The position numbers were made by a program, and so were the translations under genes. Shown piece after piece: positions 8,429 to 17,803 of a stretch of DNA of 64,000 nt. Under the pieces are notes generated by a model that was given only the letters and a program-made list of their open reading frames with translations, made no database searches and had not been told where the DNA came from. Every line of letters starts with the position of its first letter. Position 1 is the first letter of the stretch. The stretch is from Vicinamibacterales bacterium (lineage in GTDB: Bacteria; Acidobacteriota; Vicinamibacteria; Vicinamibacterales; UBA8438): positions 1,069,855-1,133,854 of the forward strand of contig CBDBMZ010000003.1 in NCBI GenBank assembly GCA_965207615.1, read 5' to 3'.

Positions 8429-9559
8429 ATGGGAATCGCGACCGGCGCCCGCGTGGCGCTGGTGCACGACTGGCTCACCGGCATGCGGGGCGGCGAACGC
8501 GTGCTCGAGACCATCTGCGAGCTCTTCCCGGACGCCGCGCGGTTCGCGCTTCTGCACGTCCGCGGCTCGGTCTCCCCGGCCATCGAGGCGCAGCCGGTCC
8601 GGACGTCCCTCGTCCAGCGCCTGCCGGGCTCGCACCGGTACTACCGGCCGCTGCTGCCGCTCTTCCCGGCCGCCGTCGAGCAGTTCGATCTCGACGAGTT
8701 CGACCTGATCATCAGCACCAGCCACTGCGTCGCCAAGTCGGTCGTCGCGCCGGGTCGCGCCCGTCACCTCTGCTACTGCTTCACGCCGATGCGCTACGTC
8801 TGGGATCAGTTTCCCGCCTACTTCGGGCCTGAACGCGTGGGCGCGGGGGCCAGCCGGTGGCTCCGGCGGGGGCTCGCCGCGATCGCCCGCTGGGACGCCT
8901 CCACGGCCCACCGGGTAGACCGCTATGTGGCTATTTCGCAATATGTTGCGGGGAGGATTCGTCGATACTATAATCGAGAGGCGAGTATCGTGTATCCGCC
9001 CGTGGACACGTCGTTCTTCCGACCGGGTCCCGCCCCGCCGCGGCATGGCTGTCTGATCGTGTCGGCTCTCGTGCCCTACAAGCGGGTCGATCTGGCGATA
9101 CGCGCGTGCGCGCAGGCGGGGGTCTCCCTGCGCATCGTCGGCGACGGGCCGGACCTCGGGCGCCTGCGGAAGATCGCCGGCCCGGAGACGGAGTTCCGCG
9201 GCCCGGTGAGTGACGAGGAGGTCCGGCAGGCGTATCGAAGCGCGGCCGCGATGCTGCTGCCGGGCCCAGAGGACTTCGGCATCGCCCCCGTCGAGGCCCA
9301 GGCGTGCGGATGCCCGGTCGTCGCCCTTGCCGAGGGCGGGGCCTCGGAGACCGTGGTGGACGGCGAGTCCGGGCTCCTGGTGCGGGAATCCACGCCGGAC
9401 GCCTTCGCCGAGGCCATCGACAGTATTCACGTCCGGCCGCTCGACGGCGCCGCCGCCCGCCGGCAGGCCCTGCGCTTCTCCCGAGAGCGGTTCCGCGGGG
9501 GGCTGGCAACGGAAGTCGCCCGCCTGATGGGCACATCGCCGCCGGAGTTGCATCCATGA
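8429..9559 (+). CDS. glycosyltransferase family 4
   Basis: The sequence shows ALVHDWLTGMRGGERV, the E-x7-E region PEDFGIAPVEAQACGCPVVA, and GASETVVDGESGLLV. Confidence 0.8.
   Translation: MGIATGARVALVHDWLTGMRGGERVLETICELFPDAARFALLHVRGSVSPAIEAQPVRTSLVQRLPGSHRYYRPLLPLFPAAVEQFDLDEFDLIISTSHCVAKSVVAPGRARHLCYCFTPMRYVWDQFPAYFGPERVGAGASRWLRRGLAAIARWDASTAHRVDRYVAISQYVAGRIRRYYNREASIVYPPVDTSFFRPGPAPPRHGCLIVSALVPYKRVDLAIRACAQAGVSLRIVGDGPDLGRLRKIAGPETEFRGPVSDEEVRQAYRSAAAMLLPGPEDFGIAPVEAQACGCPVVALAEGGASETVVDGESGLLVRESTPDAFAEAIDSIHVRPLDGAAARRQALRFSRERFRGGLATEVARLMGTSPPELHP
8946..8974 (+). promoter_or_regulatory. near-consensus sigma70-type promoter inside the GT4 coding sequence
   Basis: TTGCGG (8946-8951), a 17-nt spacer and TATAAT (8969-8974) sit within a locally AT-richer patch at about 8925-9005. 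Confidence 0.35.
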
Positions 9560-10989
9560 CCCAACGCGCCCGCGTGCGCATGATCATCCAGGCGGTGATC
9601 GACGGCGGCATCGGCGTGACGATGTTCCTTGCCGCGTACTGGCTCCGGTTCGAGACCGGACTGGTTCCGGCGCCCAAGGGTCAGCCTCCGTTCGAGTCCT
9701 ACCTGCAGCTCTCCCCCTTCGTCGGACTGCTGCTGCCGTTCGGCCTCTGGCTGCAGGGCGCCTACCGTCACGAACGCATCCGGGCGCGCGTCGACGACTT
9801 CTTCGCGGTGCTGATCGGGGGCCTCATCGCGGTCGTGCTCGGTCTCGCGGGCACCCTGGTGTTCCAGGCGTACTTCATTCCCGCCGACCTGAAGGAGCAG
9901 GGCGTCTACGAGGTGTCGCGGCTGGCGTGGGCGCTGTTCCTCGCCCTCTGCGTCCTCTGCGCGTATGCGGCCCGGGCCAGCGTGCGGTCCGCGCTCGAGC
10001 AGCAGTGGCGCGAGGGCGTGGGCCTCAAGCGCATTCTCGTCGCCGGCACCGGCGACGTCGCCCGCCACGTCGTCGACAAGGTGCTCCACCATCGCGGGCT
10101 CGGCTACCGCATCGTCGGCTTCGTCGACGATCGCGCCAGCGACCGGCAGGGCTACCGGGGCCTGCCGCTCCTGGGGTCGCTGTCGGAGGTGGCCGACATC
10201 CTGCGGCGCGAGAGAATCGACGAGCTCTACGTCGCCCTGTCGCTCGACGAGCACGCGAAGATGCTGGAGCTCATCGAGGTCGCCAATCGGGAGTTCGTCG
10301 ACGTCAAGGTCGTGCCCGACCTCATGCAGGTCATCGCCCTCCGCGCCCGCCTCGAAGAGCTAGACGGCGTTCCCATCATCAGCATCAACGACGTCCCCCT
10401 CCAGGGACTGAGCAGCCTGATGAAGCGCGCGATCGACCTCGGCATCGCGAGCGTCTCGCTCATCCTGCTGAGCCTGCCCCTCGCGGTCATCGCGGCCCTC
10501 GTGAAGACGACCTCGCCGGGCCCGGTGTTCTACCGCCAGGAGCGCATGGGACTCGACGGACGCCCGTTCCGCGTCTACAAGTTCCGATCGATGTTCGAGG
10601 ACGCCGAGCGCGAGACCGGACCGGTGTGGGCCCGCCAGGACGATCCCCGCCGCACCCCGGTCGGCCGCGTGCTGCGCACCCTCAGCCTCGACGAGCTCCC
10701 TCAGCTCTGGAACGTCATCCGCGGCGACATGTCGCTGGTGGGGCCGAGGCCGGAGCGGCCGTTCTTCGTCGAGCAGTTCAAGCAGCGCGTCCCGCAGTAC
10801 ATGCTCCGCCACAAGGTCCGGTCCGGCCTGACAGGCTGGGCCCAGGTGAACGGCCTGCGGGGGAACACGTCCATCGAGAAGCGCATCGAGTACGACCTCT
10901 ACTACATCGAGAACTGGTCGGTGGCCCTCGACTTCAAGATCATGTGGATGACCGTCCTCCGCGTGTTCTTCCATCGCCACGCGTACTGA
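9556..10989 (+). CDS. undecaprenyl-phosphate sugar phosphotransferase (WbaP / exopolysaccharide priming transferase type)
   Basis: An N-terminal TM region is followed by a bacterial sugar transferase domain ([39 protein letters not shown]). The start at MTQRARV overlaps the GT4 stop (ATGA). Confidence 0.85.
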   Translation: MTQRARVRMIIQAVIDGGIGVTMFLAAYWLRFETGLVPAPKGQPPFESYLQLSPFVGLLLPFGLWLQGAYRHERIRARVDDFFAVLIGGLIAVVLGLAGTLVFQAYFIPADLKEQGVYEVSRLAWALFLALCVLCAYAARASVRSALEQQWREGVGLKRILVAGTGDVARHVVDKVLHHRGLGYRIVGFVDDRASDRQGYRGLPLLGSLSEVADILRRERIDELYVALSLDEHAKMLELIEVANREFVDVKVVPDLMQVIALRARLEELDGVPIISINDVPLQGLSSLMKRAIDLGIASVSLILLSLPLAVIAALVKTTSPGPVFYRQERMGLDGRPFRVYKFRSMFEDAERETGPVWARQDDPRRTPVGRVLRTLSLDELPQLWNVIRGDMSLVGPRPERPFFVEQFKQRVPQYMLRHKVRSGLTGWAQVNGLRGNTSIEKRIEYDLYYIENWSVALDFKIMWMTVLRVFFHRHAY

Positions 10990-10992
10990 GCC

Positions 10993-11023
10993 GCGCCGCC
11001 CGCCGGGCCCGCGCGGGCGGCGC
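10993..11023 (+). terminator. GC-rich hairpin after the sugar transferase gene
   Basis: An 11-bp stem (GCGCCGCCCGC / GCGGGCGGCGC) begins 4 nt after the TGA at 10987-10989. There is no U tract. Confidence 0.35.
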
Positions 11024-11071
11024 CTCCCGGGAAGCCGGGGGCCGGGCCCCGGCAACGCCTCGGAAACCGCC

Positions 11072-12025
11072 ATGGGTCAACGCGTCGTCATCACCGGGGC
11101 CGCCGGCTTCATCGGATCGCATCTCGCCGAGGCCCTGCTCGACCGCGGCGACGGCGTCGTCGGCATCGACAACCTGTCGACGGGCGAGGCCGCGAACATC
11201 GCCCATCTCGCCGGCCGTGACTTCCGGTTCGTCCGGCACGACGTCTCCAACTACATCGACCTCGAGGGACCCGTGGACGCGGTGCTCCACTGGGCCAGCC
11301 CCGCCAGCCCCATCGACTATCTCGAACGGCCCATCCCGACCCTGAAGGTGGGGGCGCTGGGCACCCACAACGCCCTCGGCCTCGCCAAGGCCAAGCGGGC
11401 GACGTTCGTCCTCGCGTCGACCTCGGAGGTCTACGGCGACCCCCTCGAGCATCCGCAGACCGAGAGCTACTGGGGGAACGTGAACCCCATCGGTCCGCGG
11501 GGCGTCTACGACGAGGCCAAGCGCTTCGCCGAGGCCATGACCACCGCCTATCGCCGCTATCACGGCCTCGACACCAAGATCGTCCGCATCTTCAACACCT
11601 ACGGACCCCGGATGCGGGTGCGCGACGGCCGCGCCGTGCCCAACTTCATCGCCCAGGCGCTTCGCGGGGAGGCTCTGACGGTCTACGGCGACGGCACGCA
11701 GACCCGCAGCTTCTGCTACGTCAGCGATCTGGTGGACGGCATTCTCAGGCTGATGCGGTCCGACACGAACGACCCGGTCAACCTCGGCAATCCGAACGAG
11801 ATGACGGTGGCGGGCATTGCGGAGCAGATCATCAGGCTGACCGGATCGAGCAGCCGCATCGTGCATGAACCGCTGCCGGTCGACGACCCGAAGGTGCGGC
11901 AGCCGGACATCAGCCGGGCGCGCAGGGTGCTCGACTGGGAGCCCCGCGTGTCCCTGGCGGAGGGGCTGACCGAGACCATCGCGTGGTTCCGGACCGCGCT
12001 CGGCGGAGACGCGCACGGCGGGTGA
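11072..12025 (+). CDS. uxs: UDP-glucuronate decarboxylase (UDP-xylose synthase)
   Basis: The motifs [28 protein letters not shown] and [10 protein letters not shown] are the typical UXS signature. Confidence 0.85.
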   Translation: MGQRVVITGAAGFIGSHLAEALLDRGDGVVGIDNLSTGEAANIAHLAGRDFRFVRHDVSNYIDLEGPVDAVLHWASPASPIDYLERPIPTLKVGALGTHNALGLAKAKRATFVLASTSEVYGDPLEHPQTESYWGNVNPIGPRGVYDEAKRFAEAMTTAYRRYHGLDTKIVRIFNTYGPRMRVRDGRAVPNFIAQALRGEALTVYGDGTQTRSFCYVSDLVDGILRLMRSDTNDPVNLGNPNEMTVAGIAEQIIRLTGSSSRIVHEPLPVDDPKVRQPDISRARRVLDWEPRVSLAEGLTETIAWFRTALGGDAHGG

Positions 12026-12055
12026 CGACCCCGCGCGCCGCGCCGCCGCCCGGCC

Positions 12056-12607
12056 TCACTCGCTCAGCACGCGCGCGGCGTGAACGATGTAGTGGAGCCC
12101 CGAAACGAGGGTGATGACCAGCGCGGCCAAGATGGCCGCATCGACCACCATCGAGCCGCGCCCCAGCCAGTTGTAGAGAAGCACGAGGGCAATCGTGACG
12201 ATGTAGATCAGGGTCGCGAGCTTCCCCAGCATCGACGGCGGGAACGTGCGCCGCCCGATGGCGAGGTTCACGACCGCCACCGTGACCACGATGATGACGT
12301 CGCGGCTGATGACGAGCACCGTCAGCCAAACCGGGAACTGGTTCGGGAGATCGAGCTCGGGCAGAGTGAGCACGACGAAAGTCGAGATGAGCAGCAGCTT
12401 GTCGGCCATGGGATCGAGCAGCGCCCCCAGGCTCGTCGGCCGACTCCACCAGCGCGCCAGCACGCCGTCGAGAGCGTCGGTCAACCCCGCCGCGACGAAC
12501 ACCACCAACGCCCACCCGTTCATTCCGTACACCACCAGAATGACCAGGGCCGGAATGAGCAGCATTCGGAGCAGCGTGAGTTGGTTCGCGACCGTCAACG
12601 CCGACAT
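12056..12607 (-). CDS. pgsA: CDP-diacylglycerol--glycerol-3-phosphate 3-phosphatidyltransferase
   Basis: The CDP-alcohol phosphatidyltransferase motif DALDGVLAR...GALLDPMADK is present, and the protein has multiple TM helices. Confidence 0.85.
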   Translation of the reverse strand: MSALTVANQLTLLRMLLIPALVILVVYGMNGWALVVFVAAGLTDALDGVLARWWSRPTSLGALLDPMADKLLLISTFVVLTLPELDLPNQFPVWLTVLVISRDVIIVVTVAVVNLAIGRRTFPPSMLGKLATLIYIVTIALVLLYNWLGRGSMVVDAAILAALVITLVSGLHYIVHAARVLSE

Positions 12608-12628
12608 GACACATCATCCAAGGGGTAC

Positions 12629-12833
12629 GGCGCAGACTCCGGGCCCGGGCGTTCCCGGGAAACGTCGGCCCGCCAATCGTCACCTTCGGCTACGCCGGGC
12701 GCCCAACCAACCCTCCAGCAGTCGGCGCCGTTCCACGGAAGCCGACTCCTAGCCCGCCAACCGTCGCCTTCGGCTCCGCTTGGCGCCCAACCAACCCTCC
12801 AGCAGTCGGCGCCGTTCTACGGCGCAGACTCCT
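12629..12833 (+). repeat. intergenic repeat family, about 2.5 units with an 84-bp period
   Basis: GCCCGCC recurs at 12668 and 12752. The 5' box and 3' hairpin are organised as at 211-541, in the same orientation. The array ends on the TAG of the TPR/SLH gene. Confidence 0.85.
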
Positions 12834-14169
12834 AGCGGGCCGATCCAGTCGCGCGGCCGAGGCGGGACAACACCGCCACCGCCTCACCGCCGGTGACCGG
12901 CAGGCCGGGCCGGAACGCGTTCCCGGGAAGCGGAGGCAGCAATCCAGCCGCGACCACCTCCGCCGCGGCCGGATGGTCGAGGTGTCCGGGATCCAGATCG
13001 GAGAACCGCGGCGACGCGGCCGGGGACACCGGCTCGACCCCGGCCCCGCGCAGCATCCGGACCAGGATGCGCGCGAGCTCCGCGCGGCTCACGACCTGGT
13101 CCGGCATGAACCGGTAGTTGACGTCGGCGGGCATGATTCCCGCTTGCGCCACGTCAATCATCCAGCCGTACGCCCAGTGATCGCGGGCGTCGGTGATGAT
13201 GGCGGCGCCGTCGCCGGCCAGACCGGCCAGCAGGAACTCGAACTGCACGCCCAGCAAGGCCGCGAGCTGCCCGCGGGTGACCGCGTCGGCCGCCTCGATG
13301 GCGCCGTACTCGCGCGGCAACGCGGCCGCCCGACGGCGCGCGTCCAGGTCCGCGAGGCGGCCCTCGACGCCGGCTCCGGGCGCGATGGCGTCGGCCCGGA
13401 GCAGCGCCTGCTCCGCGCGGTCGAGATCGCCGATAGCGAGATACAGATCGCCCATCCGCAGCCAGGCGTCGAGGGCATCCGGATCGAGGGCGACGGCGCG
13501 ATCGAGCCGGGCCAGGGCCGACCCGGCGCCGTCGACCCGACGCTCGACCTCGGCCAGCTCGAGGTAGAGGAACGCGGACTCGGGAGACGCCGCGATGAGC
13601 CGCTCGTAGGCTGCCTTCGCCTCGGCGTCCCGTCCCGCCGCGGCCGCTTCGCGGGCGGCCGTGACCTGCCGGGTCAGGGCCGTGGCCTCGAGTCCGGCGA
13701 GGCGCTGGCGCACGCCGGTCAGGCCGGGGTCGGCAGCGACGGCCGCGTTGAAGTCGTCGATGGCCTCGGCGAGCCGGTCCTCGACAAGGAGCGCCTCGGC
13801 CCGCCCCAGGCGCGCCGGCACGTAGTCCGAGACCCGGGCGACGGCCCCGTCGAACCGCGCGATTGCGCCGCCCGTATCACCCCGAGCCAGCGCGACGAAG
13901 CCGAGCCCCGTCATCGACGGATGAAACGACGGCATGTCGCGGAGGATGGCAGCGAACCGCTGCTCCGCGGCTTCGAGCTGTCCCGCCTGCAGGAACGCCC
14001 AGGCATCGCGGTGCTCGGCCGCCGCCGGGGTCCCCTCAAACGCGGCCGGCACGACCGGAAGCGGATAGTCGGGGTACGCCGGCGCGGTGACCACCGGCGC
14101 ACGGGTCGCGCAACCCGAAACCAGCGCGCCCACCGCGGCGACGACGACAGCCGCGCGCGCGTGCCTCAT
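12832..14169 (-). CDS. lipoprotein with TPR repeats and C-terminal SLH-like domains
   Basis: A lipobox (ALVSGC) is followed by TPR-like helices. The C-terminus has two segments resembling S-layer homology domains (ITDARDHWAYGWMIDVAQAGIM; FSDLDPGHLDHPAAAEVVAAGLL). Confidence 0.65.
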   Translation of the reverse strand: MRHARAAVVVAAVGALVSGCATRAPVVTAPAYPDYPLPVVPAAFEGTPAAAEHRDAWAFLQAGQLEAAEQRFAAILRDMPSFHPSMTGLGFVALARGDTGGAIARFDGAVARVSDYVPARLGRAEALLVEDRLAEAIDDFNAAVAADPGLTGVRQRLAGLEATALTRQVTAAREAAAAGRDAEAKAAYERLIAASPESAFLYLELAEVERRVDGAGSALARLDRAVALDPDALDAWLRMGDLYLAIGDLDRAEQALLRADAIAPGAGVEGRLADLDARRRAAALPREYGAIEAADAVTRGQLAALLGVQFEFLLAGLAGDGAAIITDARDHWAYGWMIDVAQAGIMPADVNYRFMPDQVVSRAELARILVRMLRGAGVEPVSPAASPRFSDLDPGHLDHPAAAEVVAAGLLPPLPGNAFRPGLPVTGGEAVAVLSRLGRATGSAR

Positions 14170-14212
14170 CGCTCAGCGCTTCGCCGTGAGGGGCCAGGCG
14201 CCACTCCGCCGG

Positions 14213-14232
14213 CCGGCGTCGATCGACGCCGG
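14213..14232. other. perfect 20-bp palindrome
   Basis: CCGGCGTCGATCGACGCCGG lies 44 nt upstream of the TPR/SLH gene start and downstream of tsaC. It could act as a terminator or an operator. Confidence 0.3.
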
Positions 14233-14248
14233 TGCGGCGCGCGCGACC

Positions 14249-14326
14249 GGCGCCCTGCCCAATCCCATGGGGTGAGGTCGCGCACCGGCCGGCCGTTCGA
14301 TGCGCGGCGACCCGACCCGCCCGCGC
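14249..14326 (+). repeat. probable degenerate copy of the intergenic repeat family
   Basis: GGCGCCCtgCCCAATCCcatgg...GTCGCGC...CCGTTCgatGCGCG..GACcC..CCCGCCCG aligns by eye with the 81-bp unit in the same orientation. Confidence 0.4.
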
Positions 14327-14365
14327 CCCCTCGGGACGACGTGTCAAAAGTCGGAAAGCGGGTCA

Positions 14366-15046
14366 TCACGCGAGCGATTGTAGCACGCGCTCCCACGCGA
14401 CCGCCCCCTCGCGGACCAGGCGCGCATCGTGTCCCCGCACGTCCACGATGGTCGACGGCGGCCCCGTCAGCGCGGCCGGCCCATCCACGACGAGTGGCAC
14501 CGCGGCGCCCAGTCCGGCGACCACTTCGGCCGCTGTCGCGGCAGGGCGGCGGCCGGCCCTGTTCGCGCTGGTCGCCGTGATCGGTCCGCCGCACAGCGCG
14601 GCGAGCCGGCGGGCGGCGGGAGCGGCGGGCACCCGTACCGCCACCGAGCCGTCCGCCGCGCACACGCCGGCCGCGAAGGCGGCGTCCGGCTCGAGGACGA
14701 GGGTCAGCGGGCCGGGCCAGAACCGGGCCGCCAACCGACCGCCCAGCCCGGGCAGGACGCCCACCGCCGACTCGACCTGCGCCAGGGTGGACGCGATGAG
14801 GGGAATGCCGGCGTGCGCCGATCTCGTCTTCAGCCGGCACAGCGCTTCGACGGCGGGACCCCGGGTCGGGTCGACGCCGAGTCCGTACAGGGTGTCGGTG
14901 GGATAGGCCACGATGCCGCCGGCCATGAGAGCGGCGGCGGCGGGCCGAAGCGCCCGGTCGGGCGCGGCATCGTCGAGGCGGAGGACGCGGGGGCTCACCA
15001 CTCGGCCTCCCGGCGTCGCCGGTCCGTTGCCGGCGCCGACCCGCAT
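14366..15046 (-). CDS. tsaC: L-threonylcarbamoyladenylate synthase (TsaC/YrdC/Sua5 family)
   Basis: The motifs YPTDTLYGLG, PLTLVL and TATSANRAG are present. The start is taken at the internal ATG (MRVGAG). A later GTG (VSPRVL) is also possible. Confidence 0.75.
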   Translation of the reverse strand: MRVGAGNGPATPGGRVVSPRVLRLDDAAPDRALRPAAAALMAGGIVAYPTDTLYGLGVDPTRGPAVEALCRLKTRSAHAGIPLIASTLAQVESAVGVLPGLGGRLAARFWPGPLTLVLEPDAAFAAGVCAADGSVAVRVPAAPAARRLAALCGGPITATSANRAGRRPAATAAEVVAGLGAAVPLVVDGPAALTGPPSTIVDVRGHDARLVREGAVAWERVLQSLA

Positions 15047-15076
15047 GGCGCATAATCGACTGGATAGAGGGTCATC

Positions 15077-15223
15077 GTGCCGGCCAAGCCTTCCCGTCCT
15101 CCCAAGCGCGCGTCCCGACCTCGCGTCCCCCTGCCCCGCCAGCGGGGCGGCCCCCACCCGGACAAGACCAGGCGGCTCTTCCGCGACCGCAAGCACAAGG
15201 GGCGCCCCGAGTCGACCGACTGA
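15077..15223 (+). CDS. unannotated small, highly basic protein (48 aa), hypothetical
   Basis: A GTG start is preceded by GAGGG 6 nt upstream and by CATAAT at 15051-15056. The product is MPAKPSRPPKRASRPRVPLPRQRGGPHPDKTRRLFRDRKHKGRPESTD. Third codon positions are G/C in about 43 of 48 codons. It is too short for the ORF track. Confidence 0.35.
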   Translation: MPAKPSRPPKRASRPRVPLPRQRGGPHPDKTRRLFRDRKHKGRPESTD

Positions 15224-15339
15224 GCGCTCCCCCACCGGCGGGCCTGCGGCGTGGAGGTCTCCCGCCAGCGAAACTACCCGCTCGACCGCGAGGCCGCACC
15301 CGCCGCAGAGCTCCGACGCCGGCGAAGCCTCCGCTCCGG

Positions 15340-15353
15340 CCGCGATATCGCGG
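15340..15353. terminator. palindromic hairpin between the convergent small ORF and glpX
   Basis: CCGCGATATCGCGG is a perfect 14-bp palindrome 22 nt from the glpX stop. Confidence 0.35.
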
Positions 15354-15374
15354 AGCGTCCGGTCCTTCGTCCGG

Positions 15375-16394
15375 TCAGAAATGCACCACCATGTCGGAGT
15401 CGCCGGTCAGGTGGATGGTGTCCACGAACTGGATGCGCTGGGGGCTGGTCTGCATGACGAGGGAGTTGGTCCGCGCGCCGTCGCCGAAGAAGCGCACCCC
15501 CTTCATGAGGGTGCCGTCGGTGACCCCGGTGGCCGCGAAGATGATGCGGCGGCCGCACGCCAGATCGGCGGCCCGGTAGACGCGGTCCATGTCGGTGATT
15601 CCCATCGACCGGCAGCGCTCTTCCCTTTCCGGCGTGTCGACCACCAGCCGCGCGAGAATCTCGCCGTTGAGGCAGCGCATCGCGGCCGCGACGAGCACGC
15701 CCTCGGGCGCTCCCCCGGTCCCCATGACCGCGTGGACGCCGCTGCCCCGGACGGCGGCGGAGATGCCCGCCGACAGGTCGCCGTCGCCGATCAGACGAAT
15801 GCGGGCACCGGCCTCTCGGATGTCCGCGACGAGCTGCCGGTGGCGCGGCCGGTCCAGGACGATCACGACGAGATCCTCCACCTTGCGGTCCAGGCACCGC
15901 GCGATGGCGCGCAGGTTGTCCCTCACCGGCGCATCCAGATAGACGGCGTGCTTGGAGCTCGGTCCCACGACGAGCTTCTGCATGTAGATATCCGGCGCGT
16001 GGAGCAGGCCGCCGCGCTCGGACACCGCCAGCACCGCGATGGCGTTGGACGCCCCGGTGGCGCACAGGTTCGTCCCCTCCAGGGGATCGACGGCGATGTC
16101 GAGCTGCGGCAGGGCCGCCCCGTCCGCCTTCGCCGCCGCGGCATGCGCGGTCCCCACCAGCTCGCCGATGTAGAGCATCGGCGCTTCGTCCCGCTCGCCT
16201 TCGCCGATGACCACCCGGCCGTCGATCGGCACCCGATCCAGGGTCGCGCGCATCGACTCGACCGCCACCTGGTCGGACCGGTGGCGATCTCCCTGGCCCA
16301 TCGTGTGCGCGCAGGCCACCGCGGCCCGCTCGACGACCTCGAGCAATGCGGATGTGATGTCGGCGCCCACGCCGGCCCGGCTGCTGTCACTCAT
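15375..16394 (-). CDS. glpX: class II fructose-1,6-bisphosphatase
   Basis: The sequence shows [20 protein letters not shown] and [20 protein letters not shown]. The product is 339 aa. Confidence 0.9.
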   Translation of the reverse strand: MSDSSRAGVGADITSALLEVVERAAVACAHTMGQGDRHRSDQVAVESMRATLDRVPIDGRVVIGEGERDEAPMLYIGELVGTAHAAAAKADGAALPQLDIAVDPLEGTNLCATGASNAIAVLAVSERGGLLHAPDIYMQKLVVGPSSKHAVYLDAPVRDNLRAIARCLDRKVEDLVVIVLDRPRHRQLVADIREAGARIRLIGDGDLSAGISAAVRGSGVHAVMGTGGAPEGVLVAAAMRCLNGEILARLVVDTPEREERCRSMGITDMDRVYRAADLACGRRIIFAATGVTDGTLMKGVRFFGDGARTNSLVMQTSPQRIQFVDTIHLTGDSDMVVHF

Positions 16395-16445
16395 GCGCTG
16401 GTGGTTCTCCTCGTGGGGCGCGGCGCCGGCCCCAGTCGGCGCCGC

Positions 16446-17237
16446 TCACTGGGTGGTAATCCGGACGGTCGCTCCGACCTTCAGGTCGAGACGCTCGCTC
16501 GCGCTGGCCGCGTTGGCGGCGAACTCCAGGTGGTCGGTGCTGCCGAACAGCGCACACACCTCGCCGGACGCGATGTCGGCGTAGGTCTCCACCAACCGGC
16601 CGACCGCTCCCCCCCCGACCTCGATGTCGACGCCCCCGGCGGCGGCCAGCCGCTCGAAGCGCTTGCGGTCCACGTTGGAGACGGCGTTGCCGAACCGATC
16701 GATGCACACGACGCAGCCGGCAATCGATCCCTCCTGCACCTCGAGGGCGGGCAGGTCCAGCTTGACGTGATCGCGCAGGGGCCGACCGAGCGCGGACAAC
16801 CGAATGCCCCGCGCCAGCCAGGCGGCGGCGGGAGCGAAACGGTCGCGCCCCTCGAACGTGCGACTGATGGTCGGCCGCGAATAGCGCCGCTCCGTCAGCT
16901 CCACCACCTGCCGGGGCGGGGCCTGCTCGAAGACGCGGGTGAGAACGCCGTTGTCGGGAGCGACGAATCGATGGGTGCCGGTATCGGCCGCGAGCCCCCG
17001 CCGGGCGGAGCCGACGCCGGGGTCGACCACGACGAGGAATATGCTGCCGGCCGGGAAGTACGGACAAGCGGCGGCCAGCTCCAGCGATGCGGCCTGGATG
17101 TCGTGGGGCTGGATGTCGTGGGTCACGTCCACGAGAGTGGCGTCGGGACAGATGCCCAGTATGACGCCCCGCATCGTGCCCGCGTAGTGATCGCGGGTGC
17201 CGAAGTCGCTCAACAGCGCGACGACTGGACGAGCCAT
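16446..17237 (-). CDS. SAM hydrolase / SAM-dependent halogenase family protein (DUF62)
   Basis: The motifs [27 protein letters not shown] and PDNGVL are present. The start is taken at MARPVVA. Confidence 0.8.
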   Translation of the reverse strand: MARPVVALLSDFGTRDHYAGTMRGVILGICPDATLVDVTHDIQPHDIQAASLELAAACPYFPAGSIFLVVVDPGVGSARRGLAADTGTHRFVAPDNGVLTRVFEQAPPRQVVELTERRYSRPTISRTFEGRDRFAPAAAWLARGIRLSALGRPLRDHVKLDLPALEVQEGSIAGCVVCIDRFGNAVSNVDRKRFERLAAAGGVDIEVGGGAVGRLVETYADIASGEVCALFGSTDHLEFAANAASASERLDLKVGATVRITTQ

Positions 17238-17308
17238 CTGTTCCGTACCGGCGCGCAACGGATGCTCCTACGGGCTCCGCGGTTCGCGCCGGCCCCGCCG
17301 GACACAGC

Positions 17309-17803
17309 CTACGCGCTCTTCGTCTTCACGGCCGGCGCCGGGCGACGGGGCTCGGACCCCGGCTTCGACTCGCTCCGGCTCCGGTTCCCCGGTTGCCCCT
17401 GCTGCATGTCGATGCCACCTCGGAACTTCGCGCCCTCGGCGATGGCGACGCGCGGGGCCTTGATGTCGCCTTCGACCGTCCCTTCATTGCGAATCGCGAC
17501 CTTCTCCGTCGCCTCGATGTTGCCGATGATCTCGCCGAGGACGACCACCGACTTCGCGAACACCTGCGCCCGGATGCGTCCGTGGACTCCGACGGTCAGG
17601 ACATGCTGCTTGAGCGCGATCTTGCCCTCTACCTGTCCCTCGATGGTCAGGTCCTCGCTCCCGCGAAGCTCGCCCTTGACGACAATCGACTTGCCGATAA
17701 TCACTTTCGGGTTCGCGCTGCCCGCCTTGTCGGCAGGCGCGGAGCCGATCGCGCCGACCACCGGGGGGGTCACCGGTGGAACTGGTTCTTCCCGCTTCCA
17801 CAT
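17309..17803 (-). CDS. bactofilin-family cytoskeletal protein
   Basis: A beta-helical repeat core (IIGKSIVVKGELRGSEDLTIEGQVEGKI...VVVLGEIIGNIEATEKVAIRNEGTVEGDIKAPRVAIAEGAKFRG) is flanked by disordered tails. Confidence 0.8.
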   Translation of the reverse strand: MWKREEPVPPVTPPVVGAIGSAPADKAGSANPKVIIGKSIVVKGELRGSEDLTIEGQVEGKIALKQHVLTVGVHGRIRAQVFAKSVVVLGEIIGNIEATEKVAIRNEGTVEGDIKAPRVAIAEGAKFRGGIDMQQGQPGNRSRSESKPGSEPRRPAPAVKTKSA

